Shown here piece after piece: positions 26,750 to 41,249 of a DNA stretch of 64,000 bases. Every line of letters begins with the position of its first letter. Position 1 is the first letter of the stretch. The DNA lies in contig NC_043011.1 of assembly GCF_006345805.1 (NCBI RefSeq), positions 27,726,464-27,790,463 on the forward strand, read 5' to 3'. This DNA is from Octopus sinensis. Taxonomy: Eukaryota. Below the pieces are notes generated by a model. The model had not been told where the DNA came from. It made no database searches and saw nothing but the letters and a program-made list of their open reading frames with translations. A program made the translations under genes and the position numbers.

Positions 26750-29330
26750 TTCTAAGACCCTTGCATTAATGTCATTTGTGGTAGAATGGGTTTATATTTT
26801 GCGATAAAATATGACTCTTTGCTAATGCGATGATTATAGGTTGGATTGTCCTTGAATTTATAGAGGGGAAAAATTCTTAAGTTAGGTTGTTCGTTAGTGG
26901 CGCAAATGTTGGTGTGTTGACTAAATGCTATTTTTCTGTATTCCTGAATTTTAATCTGGGATCTATGTAGGGTCATTCATTCGCGTAGATTGTTTTTGGC
27001 TTGGCTTATGTATTGCTCTCGACACACTGAGCAAGTTAACACATATTAGGCTTTCTGTTGGCCTTGTTTGAAGGAGAACTCCGATCCCTCAAATAGTTCG
27101 ACACATACCACAGTTAGGTTTTCCGCATTTTTTTTACTGACAGTTTCAGTGTTGTTGACGTGTACACTTGGGCTTGTTTCAGAAGACTTTTCATTAACTT
27201 GAGTAGTCTTTTGCTGTTTATGATAGTGTGCGTCTGGAGGATTAGATTCATTCTGTGGACACATTTTAGTAAAGGAATGTTCTTGAGGATGGAGGCGAAT
27301 GTTTTATTATTAAGGGGGTTGTGTGTGATGTATAGTTGGGCTTTTGGTTGTAAATCCTTCTTTAAATTGGGATCTCTGAGTTCGTGGATGTTGAGATGTA
27401 GGGCACGTTGAAAGCCTATATCAGGTAGTGATGGTGGGTAGTTCCTGTTGATGAGTGTATCCTTTAGTTCATGTAGTCGTGTGTCCCTGGTTCTTGTATT
27501 AGGAACTATAGTACAAACCTTGTTGCTAGGTTGAAGGAGATATTCGTTCTAGTGTGTCTGGGGTAGGATGAGTTTAATGGTGGCTATTGTGTGGAGTCCA
27601 TTGGCTTATAGTATATGTCTGTTTTTATCTTGTTACTGGATTTCTTATTAAGGATGTCGAGGAATGGAAGTTGATGGCTATATTCTATCTTAAATTGAAT
27701 TTTTATGTCAAGTCCGTTTAAAAGTGTTTGAAATACTTTATGTCTCTCCATACTTTCATGGCAAAGTTTGAAGCAGTTATCCAGGTACTACTTCCAGTTA
27801 TTCTCTATGTAGAGAAAGAATGGGTTGCCGTATTTTTCTAGTACCTTACGATAAAGACTGATTTCTACATATCGCATGACTAGGTTAGCAAAAGCGGCCA
27901 TTCTCGTACCCGTCGCAGGCCCCAATTTTTGTCGATAGAAGTTGTATTTGAAGACGAAGAAGTTATACTCCATGATGAAAATTATCTCTGCTATTACGAA
28001 TTCTTTTTTGATGCGGTGTGGGAGTTCGTTGGAGTAATTCTCTAACCAGAATTAGATTGTCTCTATTCCTACGCTCTGCAGGATATTAGAATAGAGTTTG
28101 ACTACATCGATGGATACTAGTAGGGTGTTTTATTCATTGTTTCATGGAGGTGATTGAGCATATCTAAGTCGTCCCTATTGTAGCTTTTGATATGTCTGAG
28201 AAATGGTTTTAAGAGAGTATCTAAAACGTTACTGAGGTGGTGGGTTTTGCACGCGGGACCTATAATTATACGTCTTAATTTGACGTCATTAGGAGTAGGT
28301 ACCTTGACTATTATGTTATTATATCTATGGCTCACCCGCATGCGTTACTTATTTTCTCATTTTTGTGTATCTTGGGAATACCGTAGAATTGATTGGATTT
28401 ACTTTTGAAGTTAATCATATAGTCGTATTCTTTGTCGGCGAGCTCTTCTCTGTATAGGTTTAACATAGTATTTAGGTTTTTCATTATTTTCTGCTGACTG
28501 TAGTGTTGCATCTTATCATAATATGTTGTATCTTCGAATATGGAGAGTACTAGAGTTACACAGTATACTGTGTCCCTTAGGACAACTGCACTACCTTTAT
28601 CAGTCTCTTTGATTGTCGTAGTTTTATCATCCTTTAATCTCTTCAGCTGAGCCCAGTCTTCTTTTGCCGAAGTTTGGTTTGTGTTTTTATTTGTGCATGT
28701 GTTGACATGGGTAATTCGAGATGTGTTCAAAAAAATAGTTAAGAAATTTTTTCTTACCTTTTGAACTGCTGTAGTTACTTCTATTTCGGGCTAACGATTC
28801 GTACTCGTTGTATTTGTCGAATAGTTCCTCGGTGAGGCATAATTTTCTACAGACTTCCGCAACGTCTTCTTTCATGTCGTTGTAGATGGGGCGTTGGGTT
28901 GGGTTGACGTGTGTACTTGCGGAAAACATAACTGTGGTATATGTGTCGAGCTAATTGAGGGATCGGAGTTCTCTTTCAAACAAGGCCAACGGAAAGCCTA
29001 ATATGTGTTAACTTGCTTCGGGTATTCAGAGCAACACATAGGCCAAACCAAAAACAATTTACGCGAGTGGATGACCCTTTGGAGTGTATGTTGATTTGGT
29101 TCAGTGTTAGTTCTTTGTATGTTAGAATGATGACTTTTGATTTCTCCTGTATATCTGGCGCTATCTGGTATCACTGTGTTTGCGTAATGGGTCTAAAAAA
29201 ATGATTGAGGTGATTGGGATGGTATCTGTTATGTAGTTGTTCCATGTCGTTGTGGAGTGCCCTGTAATTGTGATTTGTGTTACGGGTTCTTGGATGGGGA
29301 TAATGCTGCTTAAACAGTCGAAATCCAGAG
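26750..29330 (-). mobile_element. Near full-length degenerate Penelope-like element
   Basis: Ordered minus-strand motifs: DVAEVCRKLCL (N-terminus), IKETDKGSAVVL, FYGIPKIHK, KLRRIIIGP, FYRQKLG..GTRMAAFANL, FLDIL..KTDIYYKP, EGSEFSFKQG, EQYI, IFPLY..KESYFIAKYKP; many stops and frameshifts. Confidence 0.92.
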
Positions 29331-29431
29331 CCAGCACCTCTCATATTACATATTTCTTCAAATCTGCTACTACCTAGCTACTGAGATTTCACAAAAGTAT
29401 ACGAGAGAGAGATAGATAGATGGATAGATAG

Positions 29432-29484
<53 letters not shown>

Positions 29485-29663
29485 TGTCCCACCTATTTGA
29501 AACTATGGCGTTGTTTTAGAAAAAAAACATTTCATCTAATTTTTCCCCAATTTAATTGTTTTTCATGTTTACCTCTATGTTGAAAAAGTTGCAAAGATTG
29601 AAACCGCTTCTAAAATGTTCTTCACGATAAAATTATATTAGCATTTCTAAATTGTCTTATTTT

Positions 29664-29704
<41 letters not shown>

Positions 29705-31150
29705 GTATATCTATCTACACATATGTGAGTGTATGCATGCTTGTATTTATAATGAGTTGTGATTATTGAAATATATTGGCAATTAACTCTATCGCTCCTT
29801 CACGTATAGCATTCTGATAAGATTCACCGAAGGAATACATAATTATTCTTCATCATTCAGCTATTAAACATAATCCATGCGAAGTGAAGCAGCTATGTAA
29901 TTAATTGTCCCTGTTATACTGTATATCCACTGTTATATTAATGAAATAATTATTGTATATTACACGGTGTATTGTATAGCACGCTACATATTTAACTGAT
30001 ATGTGCGTCCGTGTGCATGCGTGCATGTGTGTTTGAGTGCGTATGGGTGGATTTATGAAAATGTTTATTTGTATTACACACACACACACACATAAAATAT
30101 ATGCGCGCTTGACAGGAAAGAGAGCTATACTTAAAACTAATAATTTCATTCATGTAATATCATGTTGTGTGCCAGAAAAACTACATCGGTCAAACTACAT
30201 TATCACTACGTAAATGAATGTCGGCATCAAGACAGTAAATCTGTTACCAGAACACCACCAAATTACTCTTAGAGAAACTGTAGCAGTGTATGTAAGAACA
30301 AATGTACCTAGCATAAAATTATTTCCAAATTATAAAGGCTCAGATTCAAGAACAGATAATGAACAAATGAATGGATAGAACATTTTATTTTAAAATATGA
30401 ACCACGGTTAAGCTTTGGGTAATTGTGTTATATTAAAAAACTATTACTCAAAGACGATATTTTCAAATGATTTTAAAGGATATTTATGAAACAAACGACT
30501 TATATAAATAATACTAAAATTTTTAGTTTGCCTATATATACCTTCCTTGTTGTTAGATTAAACTAAACGTTTTCACAATCAATTGCTTTGACCAAACTGC
30601 CTTAGGTCATAAAAACTTGTAATAGAATAATAAAGTCAACCTGATCAACAGAGGTTTGAACAAATACAATTTTTGTTCGTTATAATGCCAATAGGATACA
30701 CAAACTTTTTCAAATTTTTCGATAACGAAAGGAAAATTCTACACCACATACATTCCAAAACGGTATATTCACAAAGATGCACACAAGCATATATGTAGTA
30801 CTCAATACAAAGACACACGTACACAAATGAAAATACACCCCATCAAGCATCTCTGTTACCTTAACTATATGCATATACACATATATGCAAACAAATGTCT
30901 GAATATATACATAAAAATATATATAGACATATTTATATATGTATTTCCAACCATCCATCCATCCATCCATATTTATGTATATATCTCTTTTTGTTTTCCT
31001 GTTAAGGTAGAATAAAAACAATTTTACATTCAAGTGCAGAGGAGTGGATAAATTTGTAGAGTATACATTTATAGCCATTTAACTGTCAACACTTCTTAAA
31101 ACTTGACACACACACACACACACACACGCACACACACACACACACGCACA

Positions 31151-31228
<78 letters not shown>

Positions 31229-31574
31229 CGTACCTCTGAGCAAATTGTACTTAGAATGAAAACAATTACCATTATGTCTATAAGATTATAACTATAAAGT
31301 AATCAGTGATATTAACCACTGTTCATCTTAAATATGATGGTATTTAGCTTGCACCTATTCTTTCACTCTAATGATGTCAATGTTTTACTAATTGCAATGT
31401 CCGGATATCCTGTTATAACGAACCAATTTTCCTAACTCTTTGTCTTAACTACAACATATTTTGTTCCATAACATATCTGTTGTCGTAAACATTGTACTTA
31501 ACTGTGTATTTATGTAAGTTACCTTTTACACAGAAATCATTTTCTCTGAACTTAACATGATTACAATAATATGT

Positions 31575-31795
31575 ATAAGGTGGGCGAACTGGCGGAAAAG
31601 TTAATACGTTGTACTAAACGATTAGTGAAATTCCTTCCAGTTTTACGTTGAGTTTCAATGGCATCAAAGTTGAATTTGCCTGTTATCATTAGGGATTCAA
31701 TGAAATAAGTTAGAGTTGAACACAGGGTGCTATGTAATCGGGCGGACTTCCCCTTCGAAATGTCAGCTCTTGTGCCGGTAATAGAAAGCACAACC
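31575..31795 (+). mobile_element. Old tRNA-headed SINE, family C (decayed)
   Basis: Decayed match to the AAGGCGGCGAGCTGGCAG..TTTGCCTTTCATCC..GGGGTCGAT pattern, also seen as fragments near 3330-3480, 11240-11340, 42770-42870, 56230-56330 and 61915-62110. Confidence 0.5.
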
Positions 31796-32023
31796 ACAAT
31801 AAACGATTTTTCAAACCAAATTTGAGTGAAAAATTATATATAATATTGATTGTTTCTTCCCGTCTTAGCTATGAGTTCATGCATTAATTTTCTCGTCTGA
31901 TAGGTACCCGACAAAGGATATATATGAATTTATATTATATACAATTATATACAAATGCAGGAGAAAAAGATGTTGCATCAAAATTCGATTTAATTCAACT
32001 TTGGATACAACTTTGGATTTATT

Positions 32024-32095
32024 ACATACGCGCATTTCAAAGGACAATAAAAATATATAAGAAATAAAATTATGCATTGCCATTCTCATCAGTGT
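32024..32095 (-). ncRNA. Type I hammerhead ribozyme downstream of PLE
   Basis: ACA-CTGATGA-GAATGGCAAT..ATTGTCCTTT-GAAA-TGCGCG-TA^-TGT; extended stem II closed by G-U; near-palindromic stem III. Confidence 0.65.
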
Positions 32096-32719
32096 GAAGA
32101 GTTTTGAAAAGACATGAAAAAAAAGTTTAATAAAATAAATTAAATTAAAATAAAATACAATACTGGAGAATACAAAAGGGTTAATAGGGAAAATCGGATA
32201 TTTACAAAGAAGTTGTAAAAGGGAAAAATAGCACGAAAGAGAAAAAAGACAGACATTTCAATTATCATTTTATATTCAGGTATGTCTATATATGTATGTG
32301 TGTCTCTATATGTATATGTGTGTATGTATATGTATGTGCATATATATACATATGTATATATATGTGTGTGTATTTTTATGTGTAGGTATGTATGCTTTTA
32401 TATGCACATATAGCATACCTGTTACGCTATATTCTACTATGCATACGTGGTCCTGTTTACATTATACATAGCCTCGACCTGTTACCATTTTTTAAAACAT
32501 ATCCGTTAGATTTTTATTCTTATTTTTATGTTATAGTTTACTGCACATATAGACATACATATACATATAAAAACATGAGAACATTTGCATAAACATGCCC
32601 ACAAAGGCACACATGCATACATGCACACACAGAGAAAAACGTTCATAGACATAACCTAAGAGTGTAATAAGAACTAATAGGAAAATAAAAAAGAGGTAAT
32701 CAATAAGACTATTTAACGT

Positions 32720-33600
32720 TAACAAAAAGAAATTTGGACATATGTTTACAAAACTCTTTTATCTCTCGAATTTAAGATAGAACCGTTCGTTCTCATAATT
32801 ATATAAGATTCTTCAAGTCATAAAAGGCACGTTCTATTTCTAATCCTATAAGCGGGGGCAGAAGAAACAATATTCCAAGAAATTGAGAAAATTATGTTGT
32901 CCCTTTTAAGTTGCCATACCTTTTTGGATAAACTAGTACTACTGTCTTTTCGAGGATCATTGAAAGATGATTCATGATTATTCAAACGTAATTTAAGAGG
33001 GTTCCGCGTGCAATCTATATAATGAAACCCAGAAAGATCATGTATTGTAATAGTAGCTTTATATAGAACATTTTTCATTTTACAATTACCTTTAACCTCA
33101 CAGGTTTTTGGGTTTCTACAGTTACAGTTGTTACTAATATTAGACATACTATTGTTATGTATACATGTGTTGATAGAAGAAGAGTTTGTGTGACTATGGG
33201 AATCGTTGGTAGAAGATACATAGTTATTTGAATAATTAGGGTTGGTATAAGTAGTAGAGGAGGTAAAATTCTTGTAGTAAAGATTTAGATTTCTATTGTT
33301 AAAGGAAGTCATAATCCTAAATAAGTTAGGAGAAGCAGAAAAGCCAAATCTAATCATTCTGTTATTGAATATTCCAGCATAGCTAGATAAAATTTTAGTT
33401 AATAATAAAACGAATAGACTTTATAAAATTAGACTTGAAATATTTAGCAAAAGGAAATATCTAAATTACGTTATTATTGTGTTTCTTATTGATATGGTGG
33501 TTTTTGTTAGACGGGTCACCCATTCGAATAATAGGTATAGATTTCTTTTTACCTCTCGAATTAACACCATCACTAACATTGCTATTCTTATTCTTATTGT
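32720..33600 (-). mobile_element. Penelope-like element 3' part (GIY-YIG)
   Basis: ORF 32818-33357: CNCRNPKTCEVKGNC..VLYKAT..YIDCT..LKLRLNNHESSF..STSLSKKVWQLK..ISWNIV..CLL; upstream sequence is interrupted by the AAT-flanked repeat. Confidence 0.88.
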
Positions 33601-33609
33601 TCTTATTAA

Positions 33610-33661
<52 letters not shown>

Positions 33662-34194
33662 GAGTGAGAGAGCAGTTCATGCCATCAAAGTGACGCTGGG
33701 GTAAAATATACGAAGCCCAATATACCCATCATGACTACCCGTCTGATAAGGGTACACCAGGCACATGCATCACAACCATATGTGCACGACATGGTGATCT
33801 CATATCAAGGTAAACAGTACATGACCTTGCAGGTGGGGCCCAGTTAGAATTTTCTTCAGGTTGAGTAGTCCATCCCGCTCAAAAGGTCCCTGAATAAGGG
33901 TTGTTTAAGGATGTTGAAAGAACCACCCATGTTTCCAAGGGTGAATTATTCAAACCCCAAAGAATCCCTCTCAACACATGGCTATGATGCTCCCCCACTA
34001 CTTCTGCTCGTGATCAGAGATGCACATATCGTCAGCCACTAAGGGACATGCTCAACTGGTTACGGTCAAACAACTGACAAGCAAATCTGTGGTATTGAGC
34101 AGAATATTTGCTGTAGCCCATCTTTTATACCAAGACAAAACAATGTACATGATAACACTTCCAATCAGTTAAGATCAGAAGCCATGAGAGCCAC
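33662..34194 (-). mobile_element. Second copy of the (AAT)n-inserted ~555-bp repeat
   Basis: Reverse complement of ~8165-8703; (ATT)n on both sides. Confidence 0.85.
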
Positions 34195-34712
34195 TTATTA
34201 TTATGATTATTATTATCATTATTATTATTATTGTTGTTGTTGTTGTTGTTGTTATTATTATTAAGAAAATACTGGACATCATTAAAGTTGGTTATGTAGT
34301 TGTGTGGGGAATTAAGATTATGGGATGAAATAAGATAAGATTTTTTGTGAAAAGACTTAGCTTCGTGTTACTATTCCCGGCTATGCTAATGTTTTTCTCG
34401 TAATGACTGCCTGTGACATTACAATTGTTTATCTTATTATAAATATTGGTATTGGTAGAAATCTGGTTAGTAAAAGTCTTGTTATTTGGTCCAGATTTTT
34501 TTAATTTTCTTCTTTTTTATGGTGAAGTTAACTTTACAAATATACTTCATTGTGTTACGTTGTGTGCTAGGTTGTTCCAATTCGTGATGGTCTTTTGAGC
34601 TTAAATTCGGTGTACTTAATTTGATATTTATAACCAGTATCCTAAGAGCCACATTGTAATAATCTTTATTAAAAATTCCTTCATTATATCTTTATATATA
34701 TATATATATAAT

Positions 34713-34743
<31 letters not shown>

Positions 34744-34949
34744 GTAAGGGTGTGTGTGAGTGTAGATACTATAAACGCATGCATGTTTATATTTATCTAT
34801 ATCAATCTATCTACCTCTGTTTATCAGTGTACCTATCCATCCTTCTGTCTATATATCTGCATACACACTATATATATACATATAATATATATAGGAGGTG
34901 CTTCAGCATGGCTGCAGTCAAATGACTGAAACGAGTAAAAGAATATATA

Positions 34950-34984
<35 letters not shown>

Positions 34985-35452
34985 ATGTATCTTAATCATC
35001 GTGCATGTTATTTACGAATAACAACGAAAGCAAAACCAACGAAAGCTTGCGAAGTTAAAACTCATTTATTTATAAGAGACCTGACGTTAATACTAACCAA
35101 TGAGTGGATAATACCAATTTCTGTTTCAGCCTCTTCAATCAACCCATAAAACGTCATGCAAGTACATAACATTTACGAGAGATTGATAAAGTTATTGAAC
35201 AATAAACAGATTTGATAAAAATAGACCAAAAAAACTAAAAAAAAAACAAAACAAGAAACAGTAATAGAGAAATCTGAAACATACAATTCTTCAACTTAAC
35301 CAGGAGCTTGAATTGAATTAATTAAATTCACACATGGATGCCAACTATAATTTTAAATAAAATTGCACTGAAAATGCCCAACATACACTGTGTGGATTAT
35401 GCACATTGAAGTACACATTATGGGTTACGCATTCGAATATGTTTCGCGCGTG

Positions 35453-35520
<68 letters not shown>

Positions 35521-35523
35521 CAT

Positions 35524-35571
<48 letters not shown>

Positions 35572-36880
35572 TAATAATAATAATACACTGCAATTAACGT
35601 GGAGAAAACGTTTCTCTCGTGGAAAATGGTGTGAAAACACTCAGTTCATTCAGAAATTTTTTCTCCACGGTAAGTGCAGTGTATTTGTCCTTTATCAGTT
35701 GAAATATGTGACAGATATATTTCAACTAGACTAAATTCTGCTCATACCTAAACGCTGCTTCGCGCTAAGACTTCGTTGTTTATCTCAATCAGGCGATCTA
35801 CTAGCGCAAATAAGTCAACGTATTGACTGAATGATATATAAAGCTACGACTTTATTAAGTTCGTTCAGAGTTGCCTCTCTTAGGTACATCTCATTGATAT
35901 TTACTGCTATTTCCAGTAAATGTCGGTGCACTGTTGTTCACTCATTCTATATTCATATTTATACTGTAACCGTACGGTGTTTTATTTTACTGCAAATCAA
36001 TATTTTAAACTTTTTCTTTGAAAACTTTTTCACTGTTCTCGTTTCTGTTAGCGGCTATGCGTTCAAGCGAGTATACTGGATTTAACGTGCCAACATTTGA
36101 AATTTTGTTCTGGTAAATCTAGCTGATGAGAGCTAATGAAGTTTACGTTAACAAACATATCTTGAATAGTTTGAAACCTAGGTCCTAGTTTTAATCCACC
36201 AATAGATATATGTAACATTCTTCGTCAGATATAGGGAAAATAGTCAAGTCATTGATGGAGATGTTGCTAGTCTGGTTTACAGTTTTCCCCTTTTTCACCA
36301 ACATATGATAACATTTCCCTGACCCAAATCCAACCTACATACTTTCAGTATGTAACTAGGTCAAGGCTCTTTTTCATCTCGTGCATATTCCTTGCATAAA
36401 GTTTCAAGTCACTCACAAAAAAATAGTGTGTAAATTTGGTATTCCTGTTTGCTAATGCACCAGTGAGATTTCCTTCATTCTTTCTTAACATAAATGACAA
36501 GTATAAGCAACATCACGGAAAGGCTATCCCCTTGAAATATGTCTTTGCGATACTGTATTCTATCAGGGATAATATAGTCACTCTTTGTGCTTCATTTCAG
36601 GATGGTGGCCCACTATGAAGTCAAGTTAGCTATGGTTTTGAGTATGCTCACTGAAACTTTAGCAAGGTGAAGGGCTTCTAGCAACCATGAGTGCGGAATA
36701 GAGTCAAAAACTTTCTTGTAGTCAAGCCACATTGAAACTAGGTTCCTCCTATGCTCTCTTACCTTTCACATCACAGTTGTGTTGATTAACAATTGCTCGG
36801 CATCAATTTTGTCTCTGTATGCAGGTATGTATCTATTCTTATTCTTATGACTATACAAATCATTTTTATTCGGCACCTTG

Positions 36881-36956
<76 letters not shown>

Positions 36957-36992
36957 CACACATACACAGACACACAGACACACAAACACGCA

Positions 36993-37021
<29 letters not shown>

Positions 37022-37031
<10 letters not shown>

Positions 37032-37250
37032 AAATGAAGAAAATGCTGACAAATAATTGAAGTAATTTAAGTAATTTAATTAGGTGAAAGTTCTTTATAC
37101 CGGTTGCGCATTTGTTATGCTTATCAAAATATCAACATATTTTGATAAGCATAACAAATGCGCAACCGGTAAAAAGAACTTTCACCTAATTAAATTACTT
37201 AAATTACTTCAATTATTTGTCAGCATTTTCTTCATTTCCTTTTTTATATA
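37022..37250. repeat. ~110-bp-arm hairpin with 4-nt loop (CAAC, 37133-36)
   Basis: The arms are reverse complements with one mismatch seen; (TA)n on the left. Confidence 0.92.
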
Positions 37251-37889
37251 TCACCACTCGTGTTCGACATCTCCTTTTTTTAAATATATATATATATACT
37301 AGCAGTAATACCCGTTGTTGATCAGGTAATTACTCTTACACTTTCTCGGGAGCCACATACAAAGAGATTATATATATATATAGATATATTTCCTCCTCCT
37401 GTATGTGTGTATTTTACAAGAAAAAAAACATGTAATAACTGATATAGAAAAAGAGCAATATCACACACAATCTTCTGTTTGTTTATTATATGACAATAAT
37501 AATTGAATGGCATATGTTATTTTATATATCAATGCAATAATGGCAATTATATTATATACAAGGCTTTGGTCGGCACGGAGCTGTAATGCTAGAAGATTTC
37601 CCAACGTGCTGCACAGTGGGACTGGATCCAAGGCGACATGGGTGGAAAGCAAGCTTCCCAACTTCACAGCCACGTCTATAAAGGAAAGATACATTTTGGA
37701 TAATATACTCCTTGATACAATAGGCTTATCAAAAAGATGGGATGCTTACAGCGAGAAGACTTTGATTTTAACATTTACTCGAGGAACGCAACAACTAGCA
37801 ACGCTACACCATACAGAGTGTTCTAGAATTGACAATCTGTTTCAATGAAATGGAAAAAAAAAGAAAACTGACAGAATTTTATGTCTCTT

Positions 37890-38271
37890 ACCAAAACAAA
37901 TAAATTTATGAATCTTGCGTCAAACTTTTATTGAAAAGTTTCAGCATGTCTTTATCCCTGCGTACTTCATGTCTCTCCTTAACGTTGTGAAACACATTTC
38001 GAAGCATTTCAGGAGTTAGCTCCTGTACTGCTAATTGAATGTGTTCTTTAAGCTCATCTAAACGATTGCTACCAAATTGCTGCCAAATTGAACGAAAGCT
38101 GTCATGGACAAATAAGAGAGGTCCAACAGGAATGAAAATAAAATTATAAGCAAAATTCAAAATTTATACACTTTTAACACATATTAAACATGATAAACAT
38201 AAATAAAGTGAATTAAAAAAAATAATACCCGATTTCACTCAAATCCGCATTAATTTTTGGAACACCTTGTA
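37890..38271 (-). mobile_element. Tc1/mariner non-autonomous fragment
   Basis: TIR-like TACAAGGTGTTCCAAAAATT at 38271; ORF contains LDELKEHIQLAVQELTPEMLRNVFHNVKER, resembling a Tc1-like transposase C-terminus. Confidence 0.55.
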
Positions 38272-39067
38272 TTAACGCGTCCGACTAAACGAAGCAGGGA
38301 ACACAGGTGGGGACTAATTGCAGGTGGCGAGCGTAGCTTCCGGAAGTGGTCACGCGGTCAAGCGCAAATGACAGTTAGTCACAACAGCAGTTTGTCGTTT
38401 GTATCAACATTTTGCATTATATAGTGCAGATATGGATAACATAGAAAGCAGAGATGCTGCCGGGCTATACTGCAGGATTGGAAACGTGAAACATCAACAG
38501 GGCACTACTGGAGAATGGATGAATGGGTTTGTTGTGCCTTTACCCAGCGGCGCACACACGCATATTTTCGAATAGAAGTGGCGAAATGGCAAAATAGTTA
38601 ACACGCCGACCAAAACTCTTACCAAATTACTACGTTTTGAGTTTAGATACCGTTGAGGCCAACCTGGTCTTTCATCTATTCGGAATCGATAAACCAAGCA
38701 CCAATTTACACTTGGGCCTATGTTTTCGACTAGCAAAACCCTACCAGAATTTCAAGCATTGTGCCTTTAGTGGAAAAAATGCTTTTATAAACCGTTGAGT
38801 AGACGAAGTATTGCCACCAATGTCACTTTGAAAGAATGTTCAAAAAATGATGTTTAAATATTTAGCCAAGTATTTTGAAAGTTCTTGAAAGAACTATTGA
38901 ATTTCGTATATATTACTATGGTAAATGACAACAGTTTTCACTAATAATTGTATATAAGGTATTTTTCAATTAACGCAATGTTTTCATCGAAAGAATAAAC
39001 GAATTAACTTACTAAGCGACGACTGCTCTCCATCGTCTTTCACATTCCCCCTCTTTTCTTTCTCTTT

Positions 39068-39100
<33 letters not shown>

Positions 39101-39272
39101 TCATCTCAGTGTATATGTATTTACGTATATTTATATACAAGATATTTCTCTGGATTGGTGGTGGTTGGTGCGTCTATGTATGTAAAAATATGTACAAATA
39201 TATATGCATATATGAATATACATGCATATATATGTGTGTGGTGTGCATATATGTATATGTATGTGTGTATAA

Positions 39273-39303
<31 letters not shown>

Positions 39304-39368
39304 AATATATATATACATATATATATATTCATATGTACATATATATGTACATATGTATGTATATGTAT

Positions 39369-39400
<32 letters not shown>

Positions 39401-39959
39401 CATACATATGTACATATATATATTCATATGAATATAGATATATATATACACACATATATATACATACATACATGAATACATACATACATACATACATACA
39501 CACATATACATACACATATGCATACATAATACAGAGGTAGAGAAAGAGTTGGAGGGAAAAAGAGTGGGAGAGGGAAAGAGTTGGAAGGAAATTATTACAT
39601 GCGATCTTAGTAAGGCTATGGGACTTCGTGTCTCCTTTCAACATTAATATCGAAGACAATTGGCGTAGATATTGTGCCATACTTATGTTTCAATGCGATT
39701 TTAATTATGTTTCTATTCATTACACGACCTCTGTAATTGCACAACTATTTAACGATGAAAGAACACATATATTCATGCGTAAGAAATATATCCAATACAG
39801 TCACACGCAAACAGCACACATTCAAACAAACAAGCACATATATATATAATATATATATATATATAGATATATATATATATATACACGCATACTCACGCAC
39901 ACATTTATATATGTGCTTGGTGTGTACATGTAAATACAAATATATGTAAATATATGTTG

Positions 39960-40022
<63 letters not shown>

Positions 40023-40066
40023 TCTATGTACGTATGTATGCATGCATGTATGTATGTGTATATAGA

Positions 40067-41196
40067 CAGGGATTGGACAAAATAATGGAAACAACTTAAA
40101 ATTTCAAGCAAACTTATTTTGATATGGGGTAGGATCGCCTTTGGGACTAATTACACCTTGAATTCTACGAGGTAATTGTTTTCAAAGGAATTTTTATCTA
40201 TTCTTCAGCTAAAATAGTCTCCATTTCTTACAGTGACGCTAGTGGAAAATATGGACTCTTTAATTGTTTTTCTAAAACGCGCCATAAATGTTCCATAATA
40301 TTGAGACGTGAGGACTGCGGTTGTCAAATAAGATGTCCAACTTCACAAGAATGTTCCTTGTGCCATTCAGTAACGATTTTCAAGTGTGAATTGGTACTTT
40401 ATGAGCTTGAAAAACTTCGTTTCTCTCCGGAAACAGTTCCCAAACCATAGGATGAATTTGATCAGATAAAATGCTGAAATAGTCTTCACAATTTATTCTT
40501 CCATGAAGGCAAACCATTGGGCCGGCGGATTTCCAAGATATAGCAACCCCACCCCTAGATCATCACAGATCCTTCTCTATGTTTAAGAGAAGGCAGTTTG
40601 GATCAAATGCAATGCTTCTTTTGGCTCTCTCCACACGGATACTCGGTCGGTGGTCGGAAATAAGCTAATGGATAACACGTCCCAGAAAATAACATTCTTC
40701 CACTGCTCTAGAAACCAATTCCCTACGTTTTTACTCCACTCTAAACACTTTGCGACGTTTGTTTTTGAAAGCAGTGGTTTTCTGATTGCAATCCTCTCGT
40801 GAAAGAGTCCGGCGGTCCCTATCTGAATGTTTTGGTTTTCTTCCGGAGTTTTGTTTCGACGAAGAGGTTTTTCCCTCTTTCTCAAAGGCTGTCATTACTT
40901 TCGAGATAGTAGCTCTTGATACACTAAACATTTCGGCTGTTTTCCTTACGCTCGCGCCAACCATACGAGCACTAACAATTTAATTTGTTTGAAAGTCCGA
41001 TAGATGTGTCATTTCAATGAATTTTAATTACCCTCTTCTGATAATGTCTGAAAAGGAACAGCAATTTTAGCAAAACATATTAAGCAACACTAATAATAAA
41101 TCAAAACAGAAAAATAAACAAGCTTTTGACGGTTTTATAGATATTTCAAAATGATGACGTTGTGATGCTAGGTTTTTCCATTATTTTGCTCAACCA

Positions 41197-41199
<3 letters not shown>
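40067..41199 (-). mobile_element. Tc1-like DNA transposon (decayed)
   Basis: TIRs CAGGGATTGGACAAAATAATGGAAAC / TTTCCATTATTTTGCTCAACCACTG; ORF pieces GASVRKTAEMFSVSRATISKV..SGRKPK and RKPLLS..WKNVIFWD. Confidence 0.88.
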
Positions 41200-41249
<50 letters not shown>

